DNA of 64,000 nucleotides, taken from positions 4,997-68,996 of the forward strand of contig CAYVOC010000003.1 in the NCBI GenBank assembly GCA_964453345.1. The letters run 5' to 3'. The stretch comes from an uncultured Aquificales bacterium (GTDB lineage: Bacteria > Thermosulfidibacterota > Thermosulfidibacteria > Thermosulfidibacterales > Thermosulfidibacteraceae). A program made the translations under genes and the position numbers. Numbering within the stretch: position 1 is the first letter of the stretch; each line of letters begins with the position of its first letter. The notes below the pieces were generated by a model, which did not search any database, was not told the origin of the DNA, and saw only the letters and a list, made by a program, of their open reading frames with translations. Shown here in pieces: positions 47,743 through 57,265 of the stretch.

Positions 47743-48366
47743 GTGTTCACGGGTCTTGTGCAGAAACTTGGCAGATTGAAGTCTCTGACCCCTTATGGTT
47801 CGGGATATAGACTTGATGTGGAGGTGGAGGAGCCCTGGGATGACCTTGAGATAGGAGAGAGCATAGCGGTAAACGGAGCGTGTCTCACCCTTGTGGAGGA
47901 TAAAGGCAACATACTGAGCTTTGATGTTTCTCCTGAGACCCTTCGCAAAACAACCATGGGAAGTCTAAAGAAGGGTTCCCTTCTCAACCTTGAAAGGGCC
48001 TTGAGGTTGTCGGATAGGCTTGGCGGCCATTTGGTCCTCGGCCATGTGGATGGGGTTGGAAGCATCACCTTTATAAGAAACCTTTCCGGTTTCTACTCGC
48101 TTGGGGTAAGGGTTCCGGGTCATCTTTTGAGGTATGTGGCTGTTAAGGGATCCATAGCCGTTGATGGGATAAGTCTCACCGTTGCCGAAAAAAGCGGCGA
48201 GGTGATAACCATAGCCGTAATTCCCCACACCTTTGAGAACACCAATCTTAGGGAAAGAAGGGTGGGGGATGCGGTCAACATAGAGGTGGATGTGATAGCA
48301 AGATACATTGAGGCTTTAATGGGCGCAGGAGAGGATAGGTTGAAGAAACTTCTGGAGGAGTGGTGA
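47743..48366 (+). CDS. ribE: Riboflavin synthase (alpha)
   Basis: MFTGLV, GESIAVNGACLT, LNLERAL..RLGGHLVLGHVDG and GSIAVDGISLT. Confidence 0.96.
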   Translation: MFTGLVQKLGRLKSLTPYGSGYRLDVEVEEPWDDLEIGESIAVNGACLTLVEDKGNILSFDVSPETLRKTTMGSLKKGSLLNLERALRLSDRLGGHLVLGHVDGVGSITFIRNLSGFYSLGVRVPGHLLRYVAVKGSIAVDGISLTVAEKSGEVITIAVIPHTFENTNLRERRVGDAVNIEVDVIARYIEALMGAGEDRLKKLLEEW

Positions 48367-49436
48367 TGGAGGGATGGCTTGAGGAGGTTCTTTCCAGAAT
48401 TGAGCCGGTTCCCAAGGAATTGCTTGAGGAGGCCCAGAGAAGGCTTGATAACCTGACCAAGCCCAAGGGCAGCCTTGGAAGGCTTGAGGAGCTCGGCAAA
48501 AGGTTTGTCTCCATAAGGAGAAACCTTGACGAAAGGGTCAACAAGAAGGTGGTCTTTGTTTTTGCCTGTGATCACGGGGTTGTTGAGGAGGGAGTCAGCG
48601 CCTTTCCCAAGGAGGTGACCCAGCAGATGGTCGCCAACTTCCTCGCTGGAGGTGCCGGGATCAACGTGATTTCCAGGTTTGCAGGGGTCGATGTGAAGGT
48701 GGTGGATGTGGGGGTTGATGCGGATCTGTCTCACTTTGCCCATCGGGGCCTGATAATAAAGAAGGTGGGATACGGAACGGGCAACATAGCGAAGGGGCCC
48801 GCCATGAGCAGGGAGCAGGCCATAGAATCACTAAGGGTGGGTTTTGAGCTTGCCGAGTCCGCCCTTGCCGAGGGGTATAATCTCTTTGCGGTGGGAGAGA
48901 TGGGCATAGGAAACACAACCCCCTCAAGCGCCGTTTATGCCGTGATCACGGGAAGGCCCGTTGAGGAGGTTACGGGAAGGGGAACCGGTATTGATGATGA
49001 AGCGCTGAGAAGAAAAAGGGAGGTGGTCAAAAGGGCCATTGAAGTGAATAGGCCCGATCCCAAGGATCCCGTGGATGTGTTGGCAAAGGTTGGCGGCTTT
49101 GAAATAGGGGCCATGGCGGGGGTTATGCTTGCAGGCGCTGCCTTGAAGGTTCCGGTGGTTGTTGACGGCTTCATATCAACGGCCTCGGCCCTCATTGCCA
49201 CGTCTCTCAACAAGGATGTGGCCGATTATCTGATCTACGCCCACAGATCCAAGGCCTTCGGCCACAATGCGGCCCTTGAGTATCTGGGAGCGAGGCCCCT
49301 GCTCGATCTGGGCCTGAGGCTCGGGGAGGGAACGGGTGCCGCCATAGGCTGCTGGCTGGTTCAATTGGGAGAGAAGATACTGCACGAGATGGCCACCTTT
49401 GACGACGCCGCCGTTGCTAAGGGTAAAGAGGTGTGA
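48366..49436 (+). CDS. cobT: Nicotinate-nucleotide:dimethylbenzimidazole phosphoribosyltransferase
   Basis: LTKPKGSLGRLE, DHGV, GEMGIGNTT, GGFEI and LRLGEGTGA. Confidence 0.96.
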   Translation: MEGWLEEVLSRIEPVPKELLEEAQRRLDNLTKPKGSLGRLEELGKRFVSIRRNLDERVNKKVVFVFACDHGVVEEGVSAFPKEVTQQMVANFLAGGAGINVISRFAGVDVKVVDVGVDADLSHFAHRGLIIKKVGYGTGNIAKGPAMSREQAIESLRVGFELAESALAEGYNLFAVGEMGIGNTTPSSAVYAVITGRPVEEVTGRGTGIDDEALRRKREVVKRAIEVNRPDPKDPVDVLAKVGGFEIGAMAGVMLAGAALKVPVVVDGFISTASALIATSLNKDVADYLIYAHRSKAFGHNAALEYLGARPLLDLGLRLGEGTGAAIGCWLVQLGEKILHEMATFDDAAVAKGKEV

Positions 49437-50356
49437 TCTTCAGGCTTCCTGTTCTCTGCGCCGCCTTCGCCCTGGATCTTGTCATAGGGGATCCTTCCTA
49501 TCCCCTTCATCCGGTCAGGCTTATAGGAAAGAGCATATCTCAAATTGAGAGGGTTATTTATCCCCTTGCCCCGGGATACTTGGGGGGATTCCTGCTCTTT
49601 GCAGTCTGCTCTGTTTTCTGGACGGCTGTTGGTTTTTTGCTTGCTCCCTTCTGGTGGGCGCACCTTTTCCTTCTCTACAGCTTTCTTGCCGAGGGGCAGC
49701 TCATAAGAGAGGTGATTTCTGTCGCCCGGTCTTTGTCATGCGGGGAGCTGGATAGGGCGAGGTCCCTTCTCTCTTACCTTGTCACCAGGGACACAGGTTC
49801 CTTCGATGCTTCTGAGGTGTCCAGATGTGCCCTGGAGACCCTTGCCGAAAACACATCCGACGGCTTTTTCGGACCCGCCATTGCCTATTTAGTGGGAGGC
49901 CTGCCCCTGCTTCTGCTATACAAGGTGGTTGAGACCGGCGACTCAATGGTGGGTTACAAAACCGAACGCTACAGAAGGTTCGGCTTTTTCTTTGCAAGGG
50001 CTGACGATCTTTTCAACTATATCCCTGCAAGGGTGTGCGCTCTGTTTCTGGCGCTTGCGGCGCCTATGCTGGGGGCAAGCCCCCTTTACGTTCTCAGACG
50101 GACCTTCCACATGGCTTCTCTGCACGAAAGCCCCAATGCAGGGTGGCCTGAGGCCGCCTTCGCCAGTATCCTGGGGATAAGATTCGGCGGAGTTTACGTC
50201 TATTTCAAAAGAAAAGTATTTAAAACGCCCCTGGGGGAAGATAAAACTCTTCCCCCAGATGTCGCTTCAATATACGCAGGCGCTCTCATAAGCCTGTGTT
50301 CCTGCATTTTGTTTACCCTGTCTTGTGCTGCATTTTTATGTATTTTTGCCGTTTAA
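49433..50356 (+). CDS. cbiB: Adenosylcobinamide-phosphate synthase CbiB/CobD
   Basis: DLVIGDP...HPVRLIG, LVTRDT, ETLAENTSDG, DSMVGYK and SPNAGWPEAA. Confidence 0.92.
   Translation: MIFRLPVLCAAFALDLVIGDPSYPLHPVRLIGKSISQIERVIYPLAPGYLGGFLLFAVCSVFWTAVGFLLAPFWWAHLFLLYSFLAEGQLIREVISVARSLSCGELDRARSLLSYLVTRDTGSFDASEVSRCALETLAENTSDGFFGPAIAYLVGGLPLLLLYKVVETGDSMVGYKTERYRRFGFFFARADDLFNYIPARVCALFLALAAPMLGASPLYVLRRTFHMASLHESPNAGWPEAAFASILGIRFGGVYVYFKRKVFKTPLGEDKTLPPDVASIYAGALISLCSCILFTLSCAAFLCIFAV
50231..50258. terminator. Perfect 11-bp hairpin within the 3' end of cbiB, possible terminator for the convergent minus-strand transcript
   Basis: CTGGGGGAAGA-TAAAAC-TCTTCCCCCAG; a U-rich run follows shortly on the minus strand. 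Confidence 0.45.
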
Positions 50357-50841
50357 TCCCTCCTCCAGAAGACCCGAACGAATTTTTCGCCTTCGTTATA
50401 GGAGAATTCAAGCTTCCCCTTGTGGGCCCTGTAGAGGGCTTCTCCAAGTCTGCGTGCAAGGGTGGGGTAGGTTACGTATATTGTTATGCCGTCCTCATCC
50501 TCTTCCGTCCACATTATGCGCTGCAGCGGCCTGAGGTTTTTGGCGTTTTCCTCCTCGTTTCTTATCAGGTTCATCAGCTCGTCCCTTCTCGCCTTGAAGT
50601 ATTCTCCTTCAACTCTCACTATCCCTCCCGGATACTTGTCCTGGATCCTTCTGCAGGCGGGGCACAGCGCCTCGTTTACCCTTTCGGTTCCATCTATCTT
50701 ATCCCAGGTCCACTTACCATCCTTGTAGCAGGCCTTGCACATGGGGCATACGGTTGGTTCCGGGTATTTTTTGAATTCGTAGTAGGGGTTTCCCGGATCC
50801 TGAGCCTCAAACTCCTTCCTCCATGCGCTGTAGTAGGTCAT
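50353..50841 (-). CDS. BCAM0308-family protein (two CxxC motifs)
   Basis: EPTVCPMCKA...W, CPACRRIQDKYPGG, PLQRIM and LARRLGEAL..AHKG. Confidence 0.75.
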   Translation of the reverse strand: MTYYSAWRKEFEAQDPGNPYYEFKKYPEPTVCPMCKACYKDGKWTWDKIDGTERVNEALCPACRRIQDKYPGGIVRVEGEYFKARRDELMNLIRNEEENAKNLRPLQRIMWTEEDEDGITIYVTYPTLARRLGEALYRAHKGKLEFSYNEGEKFVRVFWRRD

Positions 50842-50888
50842 TCTTTTACCTCCCTTGGCTGTTTTCTGAGTATAAATTTAGGCCTTTT

Positions 50889-51635
50889 TCAGACAAGTTC
50901 CATAATTTTCATGCAGGTGAAGTGGTAGGCCACGTTTGCGTGAAAGATGATCACTCCCGATGTGGCGCCAAAGGAGGCGCTAAAGGGAATCCCTGCCATG
51001 CCGAGGATGATGGCTGGAATGACGGAGATTATCAGCGCTAATATGGTTATGAGGGTGATTCCCACAGATGGCTTCCACAGGCCGGGTTTGAGGGATAGCA
51101 GAAAGTATTTGGGCGTAAGCCCCTTCAGGGTCTCTTTCAGGGCGCTTGAGAAGTCGTTTTCTGTGAGGCCCTTTGCCATTGCCACGGTTGCGGTGAAAAA
51201 GAGGTTGAAGGCCACATAAAGGGCGAGCAGACAGACCAGGGCTATGTATATCGCTGTGTATTCGGCGGATTTTATCTGTTTAAGGATGACGGGTATCATG
51301 AGGAACGCTGTAAATATGATTGATGCAAGGCCTATGGCGAAGGTGTTCACCATCATTCCTAAGTAGGCTCCGGCCACGGCGAGCTTGTGGGTCTCCTTTA
51401 GAAGTTCCCAGACGCCTTTTTCGGACAGCGCCCTTTTGACTCTTTCGGGGTCCTGGTTTTCCTTAACCACCTTTATCACCGATGCCATGAAGAGCAAAAG
51501 CACGTATCCGCTCAGCAGTCCGGATCCACCGAGGGGCGGCAGAAGCATGGAGCCGGATGTGATCAGAAACCAGAGAAACAGCACCAGATTCAGCCTCTGG
51601 TTTGCGGTTATGAGGGCCTTGAAAAGCTCAAACAT
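50889..51635 (-). CDS. Hypothetical polytopic membrane protein
   Basis: Several hydrophobic segments; lies in the co-directional minus-strand run. Confidence 0.7.
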   Translation of the reverse strand: MFELFKALITANQRLNLVLFLWFLITSGSMLLPPLGGSGLLSGYVLLLFMASVIKVVKENQDPERVKRALSEKGVWELLKETHKLAVAGAYLGMMVNTFAIGLASIIFTAFLMIPVILKQIKSAEYTAIYIALVCLLALYVAFNLFFTATVAMAKGLTENDFSSALKETLKGLTPKYFLLSLKPGLWKPSVGITLITILALIISVIPAIILGMAGIPFSASFGATSGVIIFHANVAYHFTCMKIMELV

Positions 51636-52950
51636 GTTCTATTTTCAGTCCCCTTCTGTTCAACGTTTCCTTCGCTGCCCCGAGGGCCTCTTCTGTGAGC
51701 CGTTCGGCGTATTTTTTCCCCTTTACTGTTCCGTATACCGCATCCAGAATCTCCGAGGGTTCAAGGACTTCGAGGGGCCTTGCGGGGAGGTATCCCCCGT
51801 TTTCGGTCCTTTTAAGAAGGTTCTTTTTCTCAAGTTCCTCTATTATTTCGTCTATCATGTATTGGGGGTATCCGGTGAGCTGGGATGCGAGTTCCGCCTT
51901 GAGCTCGGCTCCCCTTATGAACTGGATGTAGGCGAGCCTTGCTATCTCTATGGCCGCGGCGAGTTTAAGGGCGGGTTTGGGTTCAACTCCCGGTCTGTAG
52001 GTGCGCCAGTATTGTATCACGTAGGATGCCTGGGCGCCGCACAGAAATACAAGCCAGTCCCAGTATACCCATATCAGGAACAGGGGAATGGTTGCAAAGG
52101 ACCCGTATATGGCGTTGTATCTTGTGATGCCTATCTGCAGCTTTATGTATAGGATCTGAACCAGAAGCCACCCGATACTTCCTATTATGCCCCCTGCGAG
52201 GGCGGCCGAGGTTTTGACCTTTGTGTTTGGAAGAAACTTGTAGAAGATCACGAATGTGGCAACCAGTATCAGCAGGGGCACTATCTTTATGAAGAGGGTG
52301 GTCAGCAGGGGGAAGGGAAGGTATCTGTCCACGAGGCTCAGGGTCCTTTTGATGTGGCTTGCGGCCAAGGTTCCCCAGGCCAGGTTTATGGAGATGGGCA
52401 TGATCACTGTCAGGGCTGTGTAGTCCAGTATTCTTCGTCCTAAGGGACGGGTTTTCTGGACCTTCCATATCTGGTTGAGCGCCTGTTCTATCTTTGTGAG
52501 GGCGGAAACAACCGCCCATATCAGTCCAAGGATGCCGACGATACCGAGGGTGGCGAAGTTGGTCCTTTCCACATAGACGAAGATTTTGTCCACGGCCTCC
52601 TTTATGTGCTGGGTGAAGGGGCTTTTCTTCGGTTCCTGGGGATTGGTGGAGGTCATTTCGTCTAAGCGTTCTATGAGCTGGTATACGGTTCTCTTTACCT
52701 CCTTGCCGGCTCCGAGCCCCTTAAGCACAGCGGTGCTCAAGGCCAGCAGGGGAACCATGGAGAGGATGATGATGTAGGTGAGGGCGCTTGCCCTTAAGGT
52801 CAGAGCGTTCCTTCTAACCTCATGGTAGAAGAAGTAGCACATGCGAAGGAAATTTCTGATTCCCCTTTCCCAGAGAGAGGCATCCGGTTTCTCTTCCCAC
52901 ACCCATCTGTCAAGGCTTAATGCCTTTTCCTTCAGCTTTTCCTTTTTCAT
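51628..52950 (-). CDS. YihY/BrkB (UPF0761) membrane protein with C-terminal HTH
   Basis: RASALTY...SMVPLL, IEQALNQIW, FYKFLPN and YNAIYGSFATIPLFLIWVY. Start set at ATG 52950, overlapping the mgtE stop. Confidence 0.88.
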   Translation of the reverse strand: MKKEKLKEKALSLDRWVWEEKPDASLWERGIRNFLRMCYFFYHEVRRNALTLRASALTYIIILSMVPLLALSTAVLKGLGAGKEVKRTVYQLIERLDEMTSTNPQEPKKSPFTQHIKEAVDKIFVYVERTNFATLGIVGILGLIWAVVSALTKIEQALNQIWKVQKTRPLGRRILDYTALTVIMPISINLAWGTLAASHIKRTLSLVDRYLPFPLLTTLFIKIVPLLILVATFVIFYKFLPNTKVKTSAALAGGIIGSIGWLLVQILYIKLQIGITRYNAIYGSFATIPLFLIWVYWDWLVFLCGAQASYVIQYWRTYRPGVEPKPALKLAAAIEIARLAYIQFIRGAELKAELASQLTGYPQYMIDEIIEELEKKNLLKRTENGGYLPARPLEVLEPSEILDAVYGTVKGKKYAERLTEEALGAAKETLNRRGLKIEHV

Positions 52951-54359
52951 TTCTTGAATTCGATGATGATGATGGTTGCAAGGGACAGGTAGATGAAGTT
53001 GGCAAGTATGTCGCTGAAGGTGGTTATGAAGGGACCCGATGGCAGGGCGGGATCTATGTTCAGCTTCTTGAATATGAGGGGGGTGAGGGTTCCAACCGTT
53101 GCGGTTATCACCATGGACGCGAGAATTGATAACCCTATGGTTACGCTCAAAAGGAGTTGTTTTTGCAACACATACACGAGCAGGGCTGCTATGGTCCCTG
53201 CTATTATGCCCATTATGAATCCCACGCCTATCTGTCTTACCACAACCTTCCAGGGCCTTTCGGCCTCTATCCTCCCCGTGGCAAGGGAACGGACAACGAT
53301 GGTCTGGGACTGGTTGCCCACATTTCCCGCCAAGGCCATTACCAGCGGGATGAAGAAGGATATGGAGACGAACTCCCTTATGGTGTCGTTGTAAAGGTGA
53401 ATTATGTATCCAGATATAAGTTCTCCTATGAGGCTGAAGCTGAGCCAGGGAAGCCTGTATAGGGCGATTTTGAAGAGGGACTTTTCCCATATCTCTTCGT
53501 CGGTGGTTCCCACCATCTTGTATATATCTTCAGTTGCCTCCTCCACAATGACGTCTATCACGTCGTCCGCTGTGACTATGCCCACAAGCTTCTTGTCCCT
53601 GTCCACCACGGGGATTGCCAGAAGGTCATACCTTCTGACTATGCGCGCCACCTCCTCCTGATCCGTATCCACGGTGACGTATATTACATCCGGATTCATT
53701 ATCTCTTTCAGCTTCTTGTGGGGATCGGACAGAAGAAGCTCCCTCAAAGACAGAACTCCCACCAGGTGGTTTCTTGAATCCACCACATACAGGTAAAACA
53801 CTTCCTTGTTTCTTGACTCTCTGACCTTCTGTATGGCCTCTTCCACGGTCATGTCCTCGTGCAGGGCCACAAATTCCGTGGACATTATGCGCCCTGCGGT
53901 CTCCTCACTGTATTGGAGGAGCTTCCAGATCTCAGGGTGCTGCTCTTCAAGCAGGGGCAACAGCTTCTCCTGCTTTTCCTTGGGCAGGGCGTCTATTAAA
54001 AGAATGGCATGATCCGAGGGCATGTATTTAATGAATTTTATAAGCTCTTCTGGGGAGAGTTCGTCCACTATCTCTGTGAAGGTCAGGGAATCCAGCTTGG
54101 GGAGTATGTTTGCCATCTGTTCGGGGGACAGGATCTCCAGAAGCTGCTTCCTTTCTTCCTTGCTCAAGTTTTTTAGAACATAGGCGAGATCCGCTGGATG
54201 CAACTTTTCAAGCAGCTTTTTTATATGGGTCTGCGCCCTTTTGCGCAGAAACCTCCTTACGGTGGCAACTATGATCTTCTTGTTTTTGGAGGCTTGCTCT
54301 TCTATTCTTTCCTCAGATAGTATCCCAGCTCTCTCAGGCTCCCGCTTTTGCGTCTCCAT
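52947..54359 (-). CDS. mgtE: Magnesium transporter MgtE
   Basis: HPADLA, ETAGRIM, CBS pair, [13 protein letters not shown] and [15 protein letters not shown]. Confidence 0.95.
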   Translation of the reverse strand: METQKREPERAGILSEERIEEQASKNKKIIVATVRRFLRKRAQTHIKKLLEKLHPADLAYVLKNLSKEERKQLLEILSPEQMANILPKLDSLTFTEIVDELSPEELIKFIKYMPSDHAILLIDALPKEKQEKLLPLLEEQHPEIWKLLQYSEETAGRIMSTEFVALHEDMTVEEAIQKVRESRNKEVFYLYVVDSRNHLVGVLSLRELLLSDPHKKLKEIMNPDVIYVTVDTDQEEVARIVRRYDLLAIPVVDRDKKLVGIVTADDVIDVIVEEATEDIYKMVGTTDEEIWEKSLFKIALYRLPWLSFSLIGELISGYIIHLYNDTIREFVSISFFIPLVMALAGNVGNQSQTIVVRSLATGRIEAERPWKVVVRQIGVGFIMGIIAGTIAALLVYVLQKQLLLSVTIGLSILASMVITATVGTLTPLIFKKLNIDPALPSGPFITTFSDILANFIYLSLATIIIIEFKK

Positions 54360-55219
54360 TTCTCCTTTACCTTCACCCAGAGATTCAGATAAACCTTTTT
54401 GCCGTATATGTGCTCCAGCTCTTCCCTCGCAAGCTGGCCTATCTTTTTCAGCATGCTGCCGGACTTCCCTATGATTATCCCCTTTTGCGAGTCCTTTTCA
54501 ACAAAGATGTTTGCGTCTATCACCACAACATCGCCCTTGTCCTTGATGTTTTCAACGGTTACGGCGGTGCTGTAGGGTATCTCCTGTCTTGTGAGGTTGA
54601 ATATCTTCTCCCTTATGATCTCCGATACCATGAAGTATTCCGGCTGGTCGGTGATCATGTCCTCCGGGTAGTAGGGGAAGCCCTCGGGCAGAAGCTCGAA
54701 GATGCTGTTGACAAGTTCACCGAGCCCCTCGCCGGTGACGGCCGATGTGGGAACGGCCCCCTTCAGTTTCAGATACTGCTCTATCTGCTCCCTTATCTCT
54801 TCGGCCCTTTCACGGGTTGTCAGATCAATCTTGTTGAGGGCGCAGATTATGGGGGTTTTCTCCTGTATCTCCGCCAAATGCTCTATAACCAAGGAGTCCT
54901 CCTCGGTCAGACCCTCCTTTACATCAACCACCAGTGTTACCACATCCACATCCTTCAGGGCCCTTACCGCCACCTCCACCATGTATTCGTTGAGCTTGTG
55001 CTTGGGCTTGTGGATACCCGGGGTGTCCAGGAAAACGATCTGTCCCTGGGGCAGGTGCTTCACGCCCAGGATCCTGTTTCTGGTGGTCTGGGGTTTGTCG
55101 GACACTATCGCAACCTTGTGTCCCAAAATGGCGTTGAGAAGGCTTGATTTCCCCACGTTGGGCCTGCCTATGAAGGAGACAAAACCTGCCCTGTATCCTT
55201 CCGGCACTTCAATTTGCAT
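54302..55219 (-). CDS. era: GTPase Era
   Basis: [27 protein letters not shown] and KH domain [11 protein letters not shown]. Confidence 0.97.
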   Translation of the reverse strand: MQIEVPEGYRAGFVSFIGRPNVGKSSLLNAILGHKVAIVSDKPQTTRNRILGVKHLPQGQIVFLDTPGIHKPKHKLNEYMVEVAVRALKDVDVVTLVVDVKEGLTEEDSLVIEHLAEIQEKTPIICALNKIDLTTRERAEEIREQIEQYLKLKGAVPTSAVTGEGLGELVNSIFELLPEGFPYYPEDMITDQPEYFMVSEIIREKIFNLTRQEIPYSTAVTVENIKDKGDVVVIDANIFVEKDSQKGIIIGKSGSMLKKIGQLAREELEHIYGKKVYLNLWVKVKEKWRRKSGSLRELGYYLRKE

Positions 55220-55250
55220 AAAGACCTCCGGAGGCAAAATCGGCTTGCGA

Positions 55251-55280
55251 ATTTTACTTGTCTTTTTTGGGGTTTGTCAA
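55251..55280 (-). promoter_or_regulatory. Putative sigma70 promoter of era
   Basis: Minus strand TTGACA, N18, TAAAAT. Confidence 0.55.
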
Positions 55281-55302
55281 GCAAGATTCTGAGTGCTATT
55301 CT
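55274..55302 (+). promoter_or_regulatory. Putative extended -10 sigma70 promoter of the prmA-like gene (leaderless geometry)
   Basis: TTGTCA, N17 ending TGc, TATTCT, then 7 nt to ATG 55310. Confidence 0.6.
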
Positions 55303-55309
55303 TGAAGCC

Positions 55310-55906
55310 ATGGACGAGATACTTGTCGGGGAAAGGCTGAGGATTGTCAGGGACGGGCAGGCCGGAGAGGTTCCGGGGAGGATAACCCTCATCGTTAAGA
55401 GGGGGGCCTTCGGCTCCGGGGAGCATGAGACGACTGTGAGCTGTTTAGAGGAGCTTGAAAGGCTCGATCTTGAGGGCAAGAGTGTCCTTGATATAGGCTG
55501 CGGGACGGGGATACTTTCCATAGCCGCTTTGAAGCTCGGTGCCGATTACGCCGTTTGCGTTGATATAGCCAGGGAGGCCATAGACACCACCTCTGAAAAC
55601 GCCCGTTTGAACGGTCTTGACTCCAGGATCTATCCCGTTCTCGGAACGGTGGATATGATTCCGGATCATCTGCGCAAACCCTATGACGTTATTCTTGCCA
55701 ACATATACCCGGAGGTTTTGAGGAGCATAGTTTGCAAGGTGGCTGAGCTTTCAAAGCCGGGGACCCTTTTCGTGGGCAGCGGCGTCATGTGGGGTGATAA
55801 CACTGAGATAATAGAGCTATACAAAAAAGTTGGTTTCAGGCTTCTGGTGAACAGATGGCTTGAACAGTATACCACCTTTGTTATGGTGAGGGAGGGCTGT
55901 TTATAA
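55310..55906 (+). CDS. Short PrmA-like (L11 methyltransferase) SAM-dependent MTase
   Basis: AFGSGEHETT, VLDIGCGTGILSIAALKLG and DVILANI. Confidence 0.8.
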   Translation: MDEILVGERLRIVRDGQAGEVPGRITLIVKRGAFGSGEHETTVSCLEELERLDLEGKSVLDIGCGTGILSIAALKLGADYAVCVDIAREAIDTTSENARLNGLDSRIYPVLGTVDMIPDHLRKPYDVILANIYPEVLRSIVCKVAELSKPGTLFVGSGVMWGDNTEIIELYKKVGFRLLVNRWLEQYTTFVMVREGCL

Positions 55907-56696
55907 GCTCCCACAGGTGCCTTAGATCCCTCGCTATGTAGCGGGGCTTGAGCAATCCCGTTGCCCTTATGGCCTCTTCTCTTCCCGTGACACCGGTCAG
56001 AACCAGGGCCGTCTGCGTCTTTGCCCTGTTTCCCATAAGTATATCACTGTCAAGTTTGTCCCCCACCATGAGGACCCTTTCGGGCGGCACCTTTTCCCTT
56101 TCCATGGCGAGCTTTATCATGAAGGTGTTGGGCTTGCCCACTATGTAGGGCCTTTTCCCGCTTGCGGCTCTCAAGGCCGCCACAAACATCCCCACCCCCG
56201 GCATAAATCCGTCTTCAACGGGCCACAGGGCGTCGTTGTTCACGCCTATGAACCTTGCTCCGGCGAGCAGGTCCCTTGTGGCCTTGCAGAGCTTTTCGTA
56301 GGTGATGCTCCTGTCGAGTCCGACAACCACGTAGTCCGCAGGCAGGGTTTCCGTCTCCTTCTGGAATCTACATTCCAGGCGGGCAAGCTCGTTTCTGAGT
56401 CCCTCCTCGCCGAGCAGAAACACCGTGAAGGATCTGTTCTTCTCCCTTCGCTTCAGGTATCTGTAGGTTGCGTAGGCTGCGGTTATTATCTTCTCGTCAT
56501 TTGCGGGTATCCCCATCCTGTTGAGTTTATCTGCGTAGAAGCTTCTGGGGCGAAGGGTGCTGTTGGTGACAAAGGCATACTTTATGTTGTGCTCTATGAG
56601 CTTGTGGACAAACCAGCTTGCCCCCTCTATGGGCCTGTCTCCCCTGTATACAACTCCGTCAAGGTCTATGCAGACAAGCTCTATCGAAGTCTCCAA
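55881..56696 (-). CDS. HAD-IIA hydrolase (NagD-like)
   Basis: DLDGVVYRG, FVTNS, GKP and MVGDKLDSDI. Confidence 0.92.
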   Translation of the reverse strand: METSIELVCIDLDGVVYRGDRPIEGASWFVHKLIEHNIKYAFVTNSTLRPRSFYADKLNRMGIPANDEKIITAAYATYRYLKRREKNRSFTVFLLGEEGLRNELARLECRFQKETETLPADYVVVGLDRSITYEKLCKATRDLLAGARFIGVNNDALWPVEDGFMPGVGMFVAALRAASGKRPYIVGKPNTFMIKLAMEREKVPPERVLMVGDKLDSDILMGNRAKTQTALVLTGVTGREEAIRATGLLKPRYIARDLRHLWELINSPPSP

Positions 56697-57265
56697 GTGA
56701 GATCTATCCTCCCCAGGAGGCTGGCGAATTCTAAGGTGATCTCCTTTGCATTTTCAAGACCGGCCCTTCCGAATTTCACAAGATACACCTTCATCCACGG
56801 CTCAACGAAGGGATAAAAGGTGGATATCTCGTCGTCCTTCAATTTAACTTCTTTTACGCTTTCGGGGGGTCTTCTGGTGCCCTCTGCTTCCAGAAATACC
56901 CTGAAAAAGGGGTTGTCGTCGCTCAGATTGTTCCAGCTGGATTTCTTTGTGTAGAGGGCGACCAGAAAGGTGTAGTGGGCCCTGCAGCTTTGTGAGACCT
57001 CCTTTAGTTTCTCTTCTGCTTCAATTTCCGTTAACGTTCCCGCCTCCTTCTGATACTCGACCATGGATTTCTGAAGCTGACAGCTCAAAAAAACGGCGTC
57101 CACGGAGGCGAGGATGCTTGTGGGGTCCTCTTTGAGGAGTCCGTATCTGTGCCAGGGCTTCACCATGAGGGTGTAGGCGGTGGCCTTGGGAGCCACCGCC
57201 TCCTTCAGGCCCGCGCAACCCACGCAAAGCATGAAAAGGACAAGAAGCGCTCTTTTAAAGCTCAT
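56681..57265 (-). CDS. Hypothetical lipoprotein
   Basis: MSFKRALLVLFMLCVGC signal with a lipobox-like VGC. Confidence 0.7.
   Translation of the reverse strand: MSFKRALLVLFMLCVGCAGLKEAVAPKATAYTLMVKPWHRYGLLKEDPTSILASVDAVFLSCQLQKSMVEYQKEAGTLTEIEAEEKLKEVSQSCRAHYTFLVALYTKKSSWNNLSDDNPFFRVFLEAEGTRRPPESVKEVKLKDDEISTFYPFVEPWMKVYLVKFGRAGLENAKEITLEFASLLGRIDLTWRLR

Noticed and set aside
47700-49440. Cobalamin or FMN riboswitch for ribE/cobT/cbiB
   Set aside because: The genes abut or overlap, leaving no leader, and no B12-box or RFN motif was seen.
52951-53490. N-terminal 180 aa of the 620-aa track ORF 51628..53490
   Set aside because: It is an alternative frame of mgtE. The YihY protein plausibly starts at ATG 52950, overlapping the mgtE stop.
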